DNA of 64,000 nt from contig OY759316.1 in assembly GCA_963662275.1 (NCBI GenBank), positions 1 to 64,000 on the forward strand, given 5' to 3'. Below, one piece after another: positions 1-9,035 of this stretch. The notes beneath the pieces are model-generated. The model did not search any database and was not told the origin of the DNA. It worked only from the letters and a program-made list of their open reading frames with translations. Made by a program: the position numbers and the translations under genes. The number at the start of each line of letters is the position of its first letter. Within the stretch, counting starts at the first letter, position 1. The stretch comes from Candidatus Cloacimonadales bacterium (GTDB lineage: Bacteria > Cloacimonadota > Cloacimonadia > Cloacimonadales > DAONDQ01).

Positions 1-43
1 GTAACGATGTAGAATCCTTTGCCCCAGGTATCTTTATTTCCAT
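1..43 (-). CDS. Possible 5' end of a gene running off the left edge (MEIKIPGAKDSTSL...)
   Basis: ATG at 43-41, GGAGG at 61-57 (long 13-nt spacing), frame open to the window edge. Confidence 0.3.
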   Translation of the reverse strand, partial: MEIKIPGAKDSTSL

Positions 44-85
44 TGATGATATAAAGCCTCCATTAAACATACTGGATTCAAGGAT

Positions 86-1946
86 GAGACTGTTCAGGCA
101 TTTATTCATAATATACAATAAGTTAGGAAGTATCAAGTTGCGAAAAGTGGTCGAAACGATCATAATTTGATATCACTTCCAGAATTGACATATCGGCATC
201 TCCTATAACCCAAACTCTCAAGCTAAGCTTTTTGATTAAAAGCAAAAGATAAGCGATAGTAAGTAATTTTTCGACTCCACTATTGACTATAAGTGTATCT
301 AAAAGTATATAAAATAGTTCTTTACAAGTTTATTGCTATAGCTTCAATGGCATTTGTTACCTGGTAACAAAAGGGAGGATATTATGACAAAAAAACACTC
401 CAATTCAAGAAGCTGTAAGTGTCAGTCATGAAAGTAACCAATACCATGTAAGTATTAACGTACCATGTTCATTTTGTTTGCCTGAAACGACATCCAACCA
501 CAAGTTTTTAATGGTATTCCTCCGCTTAATAACAGGAATAAACGGAGGCAATCTTCTCACATTTCAGCAAATAGCTAATCTGTTTAACTATGCAGACCGC
601 AGGAATGTGCATAATTTCTGGCAGGAGTTTGAGCAACATGGCAAAGATATTCTGGCGTATCTGAGCCGGAAAGTTGACCTGCTGGAGTGTATTCCTCAGA
701 TCGAGAGTTTTGTTATCGATAACCTGCTTTTACCTTTAAATGTAATGTATCAGGAGTTCATCAGCCATCATGATTTTCAAATGTCGTATGCCACTTTCTG
801 CAAATATGCTTCTCAGATCAATGTCCTGTCTGTGGTTAAGCAAGCTCAGAAGCTTCTTCTGAAAAAGACAGTAGGCAGTGATGCTGTACATCTACTGAAA
901 CTGCTTGCCGGTCAGCAAAATACACCTGTTATCTGTGACAGACTCCTGGAACAAATGAAGACTGCTAAAGGCAATGCATCGCATAGAATAGCCGATTCAA
1001 AGCCATTCCATAGTCTGGAACGCAAGAACCTGTGTCTGCTTGTGCATTACCTGGTTGGAAGCGGTATGAACTTCGAGACAATAGCTTTGCTGCTCAACAC
1101 CTGTAAAGCTACAGTCTCAAATCTCTGGCATGAAATCGGTGATTTGCAGAGCCTGATTCTGAACTCAATCGGTAAGTGGAGCGGAAAGATCAGCATTGAT
1201 GAGAAATATGTGAAGATCAAAGGTATTCCGTACTATGTCATCAGTATTGTGGATTTTGTGACTCACATCCCTCTATTTTGTGAGTTGTATCCTGACACAA
1301 AGAAAGAATCATTCGAAGCATGTTTCAGAACCTTCAGACAGCTCTATAGAAAAGATCCTATCCTGGTTGTCAGTGATGGCAGTAAAGCATTAGCGGCTGC
1401 CAGAAAAACCGTGTTTCCCAAAGTCCATTATCAGCTCTGCAAATTCCATAAAATACGAAACCTCTTCAAAAGAATCAGTCAATGTCATCTCCCTGAAGAG
1501 GGAGACAAGTTCTTTAAGAAGAGGATTATGAAAGCTTTCCGAAGAGAAACGGCGGGCGGAAGGAAAAAGGGTATCTCAAGCCTGACAGCTATTACTCCCC
1601 CAACCGCCGCCGAATACATCAAAAGCAATATCATTAGTGATTGGAGACACCTCAGCAAAGGTTTGACTTCCAATGTCTCTGAACGCTGGAACCGCAAAAT
1701 CAAGAAAGTGACATCCGGCAGATTTGGTCTAAAATCTGAAGAAACCACTCGCAACCTTGTGTTTTCGCTTTGGTTCAAAGAACTGGTCGATAAAGGACAA
1801 CCAATCCTGCGTCAGGAATCGCTTTTAGCCAGTTTAAATATCTCTCGGATATGTCAAGAAAATGTGGACTGGTCGCACTTAGACCACTTTTTCTCTGTCA
1901 GTACCAATAAGGCTGCATAAAATGGAGGTTAATTTTGAACAGTCTC
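86..1946 (+). mobile_element. Insertion sequence, IS256/Mutator-like DDE family, copy 1 (1861 bp)
   Basis: Terminal IRs GAGACTGTTCA (86-96) and TGAACAGTCTC (1936-1946); 8-bp direct repeat TCAAGGAT at 78-85 and 1947-1954; second copy at 54219-56079. Confidence 0.95.
478..1920 (+). CDS. DDE transposase (IS256/Mutator-like); frame is open from 388, true start uncertain
   Basis: SIDEKY (D), VVSDGS (D), QLCKFH (CxxH signature), TSNVSERWN (E); two N-terminal HTH-like segments. Confidence 0.9.
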   Translation: MPETTSNHKFLMVFLRLITGINGGNLLTFQQIANLFNYADRRNVHNFWQEFEQHGKDILAYLSRKVDLLECIPQIESFVIDNLLLPLNVMYQEFISHHDFQMSYATFCKYASQINVLSVVKQAQKLLLKKTVGSDAVHLLKLLAGQQNTPVICDRLLEQMKTAKGNASHRIADSKPFHSLERKNLCLLVHYLVGSGMNFETIALLLNTCKATVSNLWHEIGDLQSLILNSIGKWSGKISIDEKYVKIKGIPYYVISIVDFVTHIPLFCELYPDTKKESFEACFRTFRQLYRKDPILVVSDGSKALAAARKTVFPKVHYQLCKFHKIRNLFKRISQCHLPEEGDKFFKKRIMKAFRRETAGGRKKGISSLTAITPPTAAEYIKSNIISDWRHLSKGLTSNVSERWNRKIKKVTSGRFGLKSEETTRNLVFSLWFKELVDKGQPILRQESLLASLNISRICQENVDWSHLDHFFSVSTNKAA

Positions 1947-1980
1947 TCAAGGATTGAGAAAAAATAGCTAATATTTTTTC

Positions 1981-2010
1981 TTGACATTGAATTATATTCA
2001 TTTATATAAT
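1981..2010 (+). promoter_or_regulatory. Sigma70-type promoter
   Basis: TTGACA-18 nt-TATAAT about 30 nt upstream of the ATG at 2040, with a GGAGG SD. Confidence 0.7.
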
Positions 2011-2039
2011 TACATATCAACTAGTACGTTGGAGGAAGA

Positions 2040-2960
2040 ATGAAACAAATTATTTTATCTCTTTTTCTTGTTCTATTTCTATCTTTATCTATCTTATCTG
2101 CCATTCCATTTGAACGGGAGAAATTTGCAGATACCGAGAAAATGGTTGATAAGGTATTAAACAGCAAATTGAAGGATTTGCAAAAATTCGATGTGAAGAA
2201 GGTTGTTATTTTTGAATGTGCCGGTGAGTTTGTGGTTTCCCGAGAGACAGCACCAAGTGCTTTTGAAGCAAAGGACATGACCATGTATGAGATAAAACAA
2301 CATACCAGCACAACTTCAGTTTCTTTTAACCAGGAATTCTGTGCAGAAGTTGCCTCCGGAGTTTACGATCTAGTGAAGGAAACCTTGGAAAAAAGCGGTA
2401 TCGCCGTTATTCCAACAGAGGAATGGATGAAAGATCCAACATACCAGGAAATCGAAAAGAAACTCGTTGCCTATGATGAAGACAAAGCTGCCAAATATGG
2501 CATGTTCAGCAAAACCGTCACAACACGAACTATCAAGGTTGCCGCTGCCGGAATGCGGATGTATCCTGATAATGCCTTATCTCAGTTATCATTGATGAAA
2601 TCGATGCAGAAAAAAGGTAAGATATTGGAAGATACCGGAAGTCAGGCTTTTGTAAGCATCAAGTTCACAATTGATAAGGGAGTAAAAGCCGCACCAGTCA
2701 TCACTAACTTCACGGTTAACTTTGAGACCGGATTCAAGAAGAGCGATATGGGAGGTGGAAATTATATGTATTCTCCATCAGCCTTTGATTTCATGGCACT
2801 CAAGGTTCCCATTGAATCAAGGGATAATGTGCTAAGTACAGGCAATACTAAATACTTGGATACATCATTGTATAACAAAGCTGTATTTGATGTTTTAGAT
2901 GTTCTTGAAACGATGATGGACTATAAGTTGAAGGAAGAAACAAGCAAATACATCAAATAG
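2040..2960 (+). CDS. Exported hypothetical protein
   Basis: 306-aa ORF, signal peptide, GGAGG SD, promoter and terminator. Confidence 0.8.
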   Translation: MKQIILSLFLVLFLSLSILSAIPFEREKFADTEKMVDKVLNSKLKDLQKFDVKKVVIFECAGEFVVSRETAPSAFEAKDMTMYEIKQHTSTTSVSFNQEFCAEVASGVYDLVKETLEKSGIAVIPTEEWMKDPTYQEIEKKLVAYDEDKAAKYGMFSKTVTTRTIKVAAAGMRMYPDNALSQLSLMKSMQKKGKILEDTGSQAFVSIKFTIDKGVKAAPVITNFTVNFETGFKKSDMGGGNYMYSPSAFDFMALKVPIESRDNVLSTGNTKYLDTSLYNKAVFDVLDVLETMMDYKLKEETSKYIK

Positions 2961-2967
2961 TGAATTC

Positions 2968-2991
2968 AAGGCAGGTGAAAGCCTGCCTTTT
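2968..2991. terminator. Intrinsic terminator between convergent genes
   Basis: AAGGCAGG-tgaaag-CCTGCCTTTT. Confidence 0.75.
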
Positions 2992-2994
2992 CGG

Positions 2995-3396
2995 TTATTC
3001 TATAATCAATTCAACTAATTCCACCTTAATCCGATCAGGGTCTTCAAAGAAAACGATGTATGAATCTTCTCCGCCTGCATGGGGATGACGATCTTCATAC
3101 AGGATGGGAATTTGCTTTTCTTTCAATAAGCGTGAAAATACATCCACTTCCTGTTGATCCTGAACATGAAATGCCAGATGATTCAGTCCTGTACGGCATC
3201 TGTGAAAGGGAACATCACGATATTTCTCTTCCGTTTGCACAAAGACGAGATACGTATCTTCCAGTAGATAACTGAAACCTTCTCTCCATTCCTGGAACAA
3301 AACATATCCCAGTTTTTCCAGTAACCAGCTCCAAAACAATCGGCTATTCTCTAAATCACTGACATAGATTTCCACATGATGTAAGCTACCTCTCAT
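2995..3396 (-). CDS. VOC/glyoxalase family protein
   Basis: LHHVEIYVSDL, GLNHLAF, FEDPDRIKVEL motifs; start reassigned to ATG 3396 with an AGGAG SD. Confidence 0.88.
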   Translation of the reverse strand: MRGSLHHVEIYVSDLENSRLFWSWLLEKLGYVLFQEWREGFSYLLEDTYLVFVQTEEKYRDVPFHRCRTGLNHLAFHVQDQQEVDVFSRLLKEKQIPILYEDRHPHAGGEDSYIVFFEDPDRIKVELVELIIE

Positions 3397-3669
3397 ACAA
3401 ACTCCTAATGTATCAAATTGAAGATTTAGAAGGGAAAAATCGTTTGAACAATATGGGACTGGTCGCTCCCATGATGAAGGCACTGACAGCAATCCAGTAT
3501 CCGCTGAAAACTTGTATCTTAATGGATTTCAAAAATCCGGGTTTGCCGGAAAGATCATTGATCATATAGAAGTATAACAAAAAAAGCATCAAGAAAGATA
3601 CAATATATATTTTGATTCCTGCTATCTTGTCGTGGCATAAGATTCCAATCTTATGGGAACTGTGACTTT

Positions 3670-3731
3670 ACGTGGAGTAGGATGTCAATCCTGCTTTCGG
3701 AAGCCTTCCTCCCTTTATCCAAAGGGAGGGA
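3670..3731. repeat. Cluster of REP-like palindromes upstream of gatE
   Basis: ACGTGGAGTAGGATG..ATCCTGCT is the reverse form of the 10931/31548 repeat; CCTCCCTTTATCCAAAGGGAGGGA is identical to 8399-8422. Confidence 0.7.
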
Positions 3732-3836
3732 AACCAGACTATATTCATTATCTCTACATTTATATTGACTATCCCCCAGCCCAAAAAAAGCATAGAAAAA
3801 AATATGATCAGCCAGAAAGGCGAAAGGGAAGTTACC

Positions 3837-5816
3837 ATGGCGAACCGATGGAAAGAAAATTGGCTTAACTCCCGTGCCCGTGTGGGGTGGGTGGATCTGA
3901 AAACAGCCACACCGGACACATATCAGCAACTAGGTTTTAAATGCGGTCTTGAAGTGCATCAGCAACTTCTCACAGAGAAGAAGCTGTTTTGCCGTTGCAA
4001 GGCAGGAATATATCACGATTTCGATAACTATGATGCAGAGATCGTCCGTCATATGCGTCCCACACTCAGTGAATTGGGTGAATACGATGGCACTGCCCTC
4101 ATGGAATTTCGTACCCGTAAGCAGATCGTTTATCGTATCAAAAACGATAGCGCTTGTACGTATGAAGTGGATGACACTCCCCCATTCCTGCTGAATCGGG
4201 AAGCTTTGTCACACGCCATGGAGATTGCTCTCCTGGAGAATATGAATATCGTGGGTGAACTGCATATCACTCGTAAGCAATACCTCGATGGCAGCATTCC
4301 CACCGGTTTCCAGAGAACGACTATTCTCGGTATTGAAGGCTCTATTCCTATTTCTAATAAAACAATCAAACTCATCCAATTCAGTATAGAAGAAGACAGT
4401 TGCCGTGAAGTGTCTGATGTCCGCCATACCCGCACCTATTTCGCTGACAGATTGGGTATGCCTCTCATCGAAACGGTGACATATCCTGAAATGCTCACTC
4501 CCCAGGAAGCAGCAGAAGCAGGACAGTACATCCGTTTCCTTGCCCGCAGTTCAGGGAAGGCACGTATAGGCATTGGTGCAGCCCGTGAAGATGTGAATGT
4601 GAGTGTTACCCGCGGTACACGTGTGGAAATCAAGGGAGTTTCTCATATCACCTGGATTCCAAAGCTTACGCACAATGAAGCATTCCGTCAGAAAGCATTA
4701 TTGGAGATCATGGATGAACTGAAAAAGCGAATCCTTGAACCAAAGAAGTGGAATACAAACTGGGTTACTCTTCCTGCCGATGAATGGAAACATATCCCCA
4801 TTTTGAAGAAGTCCTCCGCTGAAAACTGGAAACTGATCGCCATCAATCTTCCTCATTTCGAGGGCTTGTTGTCCTTCTTTACCCAGCCCGGACAGTCTTT
4901 TTCCAATGAATTATCAGATAGACTGAAAGTCATCGCCTGCCTTGAAAAACCGAATATGTTCCATTCTGAAGAACTGGAACCTGTTCTTTCCGAAACTGAA
5001 TGGGCTGAAATTGCTACTTTATTGAAAGCCGAGGAAAACGATGCCCAGGTATTGATCTGGACTCCCCAGGAAGATCTGAAAACAGCAGTGGAAACAATAA
5101 CGGAACGTTGCCAGATGGCTTTTACCGGTGTACCGGGAGAAACCCGCAAGTCACTTCCGAACGGCACCACGCTTTTTGAAAGAGTACTTCCCGGTGCAGA
5201 CCGTATGTACCCGGATACAGATTCCGCTCCTATTCCTATTCTCGATGAAATGATCGAAGAATCACGCCGGAAACTGCCTGTTGACCTGCATGAAAGGATG
5301 CTTCAGCTTGCAGCCTGGAACGTACCGTTGGATGCCTATACCTACATTTTGCGCAACAACCTCATGCCTGTCATCGAAAAGATGTCCACGGAGCATGACA
5401 TCCATCCGAAATTCCTCTGCCTTATCTATGCTCATTACCTGAAGAGTTTGCAGGGACGCAATCCCCTTCCTTTCGGACATGACCGCATTTCTGACCTCTT
5501 GAAATTCATACGTGCCCGCAAACTGACCATGGACATTCTTTCTCTCATGCTGGAAGTACTCTTTGTGAATCCGAATATGGTCTTTTCTTCCATTCTCATG
5601 GTCGTCGGTTACAAGGAAGTGGATGTCGATAAATTATATGAACAGATTCCCATTTTGAGGGACATATTCAATCAGGTGAAATCCAATACCAACCCTGATG
5701 CAGAGATAAACTGGATCATGGGACGCCTAAAAAAACTGGCATTGGGAAACATACCTCTCAAGGAGCTTCGTGCCACCATTGAGGCAAAACTCCAGGAGGA
5801 GGTCGGCAATGCTTGA
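3837..5816 (+). CDS. gatE: Glu-tRNA(Gln) amidotransferase subunit E (archaeal-type)
   Basis: GLEVHQQL, KLFCRC, RPTLSELGEYD, DGSIPTGFQRT, DRLGMPLIE, RVEIKGV, LPGADRMYPDTD; about 660 aa with a central insertion typical of GatE and absent from GatB; start may instead be 3804. Confidence 0.9.
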   Translation: MANRWKENWLNSRARVGWVDLKTATPDTYQQLGFKCGLEVHQQLLTEKKLFCRCKAGIYHDFDNYDAEIVRHMRPTLSELGEYDGTALMEFRTRKQIVYRIKNDSACTYEVDDTPPFLLNREALSHAMEIALLENMNIVGELHITRKQYLDGSIPTGFQRTTILGIEGSIPISNKTIKLIQFSIEEDSCREVSDVRHTRTYFADRLGMPLIETVTYPEMLTPQEAAEAGQYIRFLARSSGKARIGIGAAREDVNVSVTRGTRVEIKGVSHITWIPKLTHNEAFRQKALLEIMDELKKRILEPKKWNTNWVTLPADEWKHIPILKKSSAENWKLIAINLPHFEGLLSFFTQPGQSFSNELSDRLKVIACLEKPNMFHSEELEPVLSETEWAEIATLLKAEENDAQVLIWTPQEDLKTAVETITERCQMAFTGVPGETRKSLPNGTTLFERVLPGADRMYPDTDSAPIPILDEMIEESRRKLPVDLHERMLQLAAWNVPLDAYTYILRNNLMPVIEKMSTEHDIHPKFLCLIYAHYLKSLQGRNPLPFGHDRISDLLKFIRARKLTMDILSLMLEVLFVNPNMVFSSILMVVGYKEVDVDKLYEQIPILRDIFNQVKSNTNPDAEINWIMGRLKKLALGNIPLKELRATIEAKLQEEVGNA

Positions 5817-7191
5817 TCTTTTTAAAGGTTATAAAGGTAGGGCACTGGAAGTCCTGAAGTCATTTAAAGTCAGGGTGTGGGGCGATACAACTGTCGATAC
5901 CACACGTGGACGCTTCCAGGGCATTATCCTTCCACGTTCTGAAAATGACGATGATAAACATATCGTTATCAAACTAATTACAGGATACAATGTCGGTATC
6001 GATGTTGAGAATATCCTCGATATGAAGGAAACCGGCTATAAGGAAGCGCATTACAAGATTCCTGAACGTGAATTTCCCAATACCCCCGGTCTGCCTAAAG
6101 TGAAGTTATTCGGAACAGGCGGTACCATCGCTTCCCGTTTGGATTATCGTACGGGAGCTGTGATTCCTGCCTTCTCACCTGGTGAATTGTACGGTGCAGT
6201 TCCTGAACTGGCAGATATCTGCAACCTGGACACTGAAAAACTCTTTGCGGTCTTCTCTGAGAACATGGGACCGGAACAGTATAAAAAGCTGGCTATTTCC
6301 ATTGGAGAAGCCATCAATAAAGGCATCGACGGCATCATTATCGGTCATGGTACGGATACCATGCATCACACAGCTGCTGCGATGTCATTCATGCTGCAGG
6401 ACTTGCCTGTACCTGTCGTTATGGTGGGCTCCCAGCGTTCCAGCGACAGACCGTCCTCCGATGCAGCTCTGAACCTCATGCACGCAGCCAAGACAGCCGC
6501 CGATTCCGATATCGCTGAAGTCATGGTCTGTATGTTTGGACCGACAAGTGATGAATACGGTCTCCTGCATCGCGGAACACGCGTACGTAAGATGCATTCC
6601 TCCTATCGTTCCACATTCAGAACAATCGGTGATGTACCGATTGCTACTGTCACACGTGAGAAGATCACACCCATCAAGCTGGATTACAATATCCGCCGTC
6701 GTGACAGAACCGTGAAAGTCATGCCATTCTTTGAAGAACGTGTCGCGATTGTGTATTACTATCCAAATATGCACCCGGATATCATAGATTCACTCACAGA
6801 TAACGGTTATAAGGGAATCGTCATTGCCGGAACAGGCTTGGGACATATCAATAAACCGGTATATCCAGCCATCCGCAGAGCTGTGGAGAAAGGCGTTCAT
6901 ATCTATATGACCGTCCAAACTCTCTGGGGTTATGTGAATATGTTTGTCTATGACACAGGACGTGATCTCATGGGTATGGGCGTTATCCCGGGTGAGAATC
7001 TTCTTCCTGAAGTTGCCTATATCAAATTAGCCTGGGCTTTGGGTCAAACCAACGACCATGAAGAAGTCAGAAAGCTCATGATGACCTCCATCGCCGGTGA
7101 AATCACCGATGGCGAACCATACAACGGTTATCTCATCTTCCAGGGCGGTATCCCAGAAGTGGAAGAATTCATACGCAAGCATCATAAGTAG
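5809..7191 (+). CDS. gatD: Glu-tRNA(Gln) amidotransferase subunit D (archaeal-type)
   Basis: N-terminal GatD extension plus asparaginase fold: GTGGTIAS, HGTDT, GSQRSSDRPSSD, RKMHSS; GGAGG SD; overlaps the gatE stop. Confidence 0.92.
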   Translation: MLDLFKGYKGRALEVLKSFKVRVWGDTTVDTTRGRFQGIILPRSENDDDKHIVIKLITGYNVGIDVENILDMKETGYKEAHYKIPEREFPNTPGLPKVKLFGTGGTIASRLDYRTGAVIPAFSPGELYGAVPELADICNLDTEKLFAVFSENMGPEQYKKLAISIGEAINKGIDGIIIGHGTDTMHHTAAAMSFMLQDLPVPVVMVGSQRSSDRPSSDAALNLMHAAKTAADSDIAEVMVCMFGPTSDEYGLLHRGTRVRKMHSSYRSTFRTIGDVPIATVTREKITPIKLDYNIRRRDRTVKVMPFFEERVAIVYYYPNMHPDIIDSLTDNGYKGIVIAGTGLGHINKPVYPAIRRAVEKGVHIYMTVQTLWGYVNMFVYDTGRDLMGMGVIPGENLLPEVAYIKLAWALGQTNDHEEVRKLMMTSIAGEITDGEPYNGYLIFQGGIPEVEEFIRKHHK

Positions 7192-7193
7192 GA

Positions 7194-7310
7194 AGCTTGT
7201 AGCTTGTAGGGAAGAGAAGACCCGTCTGATCCCCCTCCCATTTGTAAAGGGAGGGGTTAGGGGAGAGCTAGTTCTGTTCTAGTCTCTAGCCTCAAATCTC
7301 TAGTCTCTTC
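7194..7310. repeat. Dispersed palindromic repeat flanked by heptamer tandem repeats
   Basis: CGTCTGATCCCCCT..ATTTGTAAAGGGAGGGGTTAGGGGAGAGCT.GTTCTG nearly identical to 39946-39998; AGCTTGT x2 and TCTAGTC-like x4. Confidence 0.8.
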
Positions 7311-7440
7311 TTCAATAGGGGAGTGCGGAAGTAAGCCCGTCTTTTTGGAGAGTCTGATGCTCTTCTCTGAACTATTCCCTATTCGCTATTTACTTTTCCC
7401 TTCTGCAACGGGAGAGTTTGAAAAAACAGATATGATTGAA

Positions 7441-8190
7441 CTACAATTTAACTGTCATTCCCAGCACAGCATAATTGAACAGGGCGAATCCATAAACCAC
7501 ATCATTATCTGAACCGCCTTCCAATATACGATAACCGGCTTTCAGAGCAATATTATCATTCAATGAGTAGACTCCTGCAAGCAGTACATCCTCAGCTCTT
7601 CCCTGGGGAGCGGCTAGGGCATCTCCTTGGAACTGGATTGCGAATTTATCAGATATCTTATGACTATATCTGAAATTCACAATAGGTACGAATCTTACAT
7701 TGGACTTTTCTGCAGATAATCCCCCACCTTCTACCGCAATCCTTGCATCCCGAATCTTTGCAGTCAATCCCATGCCAAATTCATTGTTTTCCGTCCGGAT
7801 AAATTCATATCGATATGTTAGCCGATATGAATTGAATTTATAGGTTCCCTTCAAGTTTGTATGTGCAGGAAAAGTCACTCCTGCAAAATCGATGTGCCTG
7901 TCCAAATTACCTTCTGATTTTACCGTCAGCGGAGCAAATAATACGGATAAACTGTGCCTCTTCCCTAATGACTGGATCAGCATTACTCTTATAAATGGGG
8001 ATGCATCAGTATGGAAATCCTTCACAAGTGAAAAGTCAGACCCCGTATTCCCCGGGATACGCACATGGTTCATTGTATTGAAAGTCAGGCCTGATTCCAT
8101 ATCGATACTGGTTTCTGCATAGCCGATGTTAATTGATATGGCAATAGTAGCAATCAGCAATATCAATCTAATTAAACCGTGTTTTTCCAT
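7441..8190 (-). CDS. Putative outer-membrane beta-barrel protein
   Basis: Signal peptide, amphipathic beta-strands, C-terminal LGMTVKL strand. Confidence 0.7.
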   Translation of the reverse strand: MEKHGLIRLILLIATIAISINIGYAETSIDMESGLTFNTMNHVRIPGNTGSDFSLVKDFHTDASPFIRVMLIQSLGKRHSLSVLFAPLTVKSEGNLDRHIDFAGVTFPAHTNLKGTYKFNSYRLTYRYEFIRTENNEFGMGLTAKIRDARIAVEGGGLSAEKSNVRFVPIVNFRYSHKISDKFAIQFQGDALAAPQGRAEDVLLAGVYSLNDNIALKAGYRILEGGSDNDVVYGFALFNYAVLGMTVKL

Positions 8191-8398
8191 TTTCCCACCT
8201 CTATTCTAATTTATATGTAAAGCAACTAACATAGATAGGGTAAACAAAATGCTGAAGAATGCAAACAAGAGCACTAAATCCAACGCTAAAAGAGGTTTCA
8301 CCCAGACTGAAGAAAGAGTAAACGACCAGTTGTCTTGAATTACGTGTCGATTTTCAGCCATAAATCGACACGTCTTGTGAATATGTCGATGCTTAATC

Positions 8399-8422
8399 CC
8401 TCCCTTTATCCAAAGGGAGGGA
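8399..8422. repeat. REP-like hairpin
   Basis: 24-bp identity to 3708-3731. Confidence 0.75.
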
Positions 8423-8491
8423 GATCAAAGTTGATTTATTACGATTATGACTTATATTAAGTATAGAATATGAATTAAAAAGGGAGTAATT

Positions 8492-9031
8492 ATGATGTTA
8501 ATGTACAAATGGATACTGATGGTTATTCTGTTAGCGAACATCTTGTCTTGCAGCGCTGCGAAAAACAAGATGGATAGACCGATTGTGAAAGATGTGGATT
8601 TGGCTCGTTACACCGGTGTTTGGTATGAAGTGGCTAGGCTTAATCATTCCTTTGAACGGAATCTTGTTGGTGTGACTGCCACCTATTCCATTCTTCCCAA
8701 TGGTAAGATCAGGGTGTTGAACCAGGGATTTGCCTATAATCTGAACGGGAAGCATAAGAAAGCCAAAGGCATTGCCAAAGTTCCTGATGCCAGTGTACGT
8801 GGTCACTTAAGGGTCTCCTTCTTCTGGCCTTTCTTTGCTGATTATTACATCATGGATCTGGATACCGTGAATTATTCTTATGCATTGATTGGGAGCAATA
8901 ATTCGAAATACCTGTGGATTCTGAGTAGAACGCCGAAGATGAATGATCAAGATTTGAAGAGATTGATAACCGAAGCAGCTAACCTGGGGTATGAAACACA
9001 GAAGCTGATCATGGTGCAACAGGCGGAGTAA
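8492..9031 (+). CDS. blc: Lipocalin Blc-like lipoprotein
   Basis: Lipobox ILSC, YTGVWYEVAR, VSFFWPF, YLWILSRTP motifs. Confidence 0.88.
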   Translation: MMLMYKWILMVILLANILSCSAAKNKMDRPIVKDVDLARYTGVWYEVARLNHSFERNLVGVTATYSILPNGKIRVLNQGFAYNLNGKHKKAKGIAKVPDASVRGHLRVSFFWPFFADYYIMDLDTVNYSYALIGSNNSKYLWILSRTPKMNDQDLKRLITEAANLGYETQKLIMVQQAE

Positions 9032-9035
9032 GCAG

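Noticed and set aside
1485..1778. Antisense ORF inside the transposase, and similar shadow ORFs across the window
   Set aside because: Opposite-strand or alternate-frame shadows of well-supported genes; identity between the IS copies is not evidence of coding
3651..3929. Several short overlapping ORFs
   Set aside because: They overlap the REP cluster and the gatE start, with no recognisable motifs
3765..5816. GatB annotation and the ORF-track start at 3765
   Set aside because: Length, insertion domain and pairing with GatD indicate GatE; better ATG starts exist at 3804 and 3837
7097..7282. Short ORF ending LPFVKGGVRGE
   Set aside because: Alternate frame of gatD running into repeat family A
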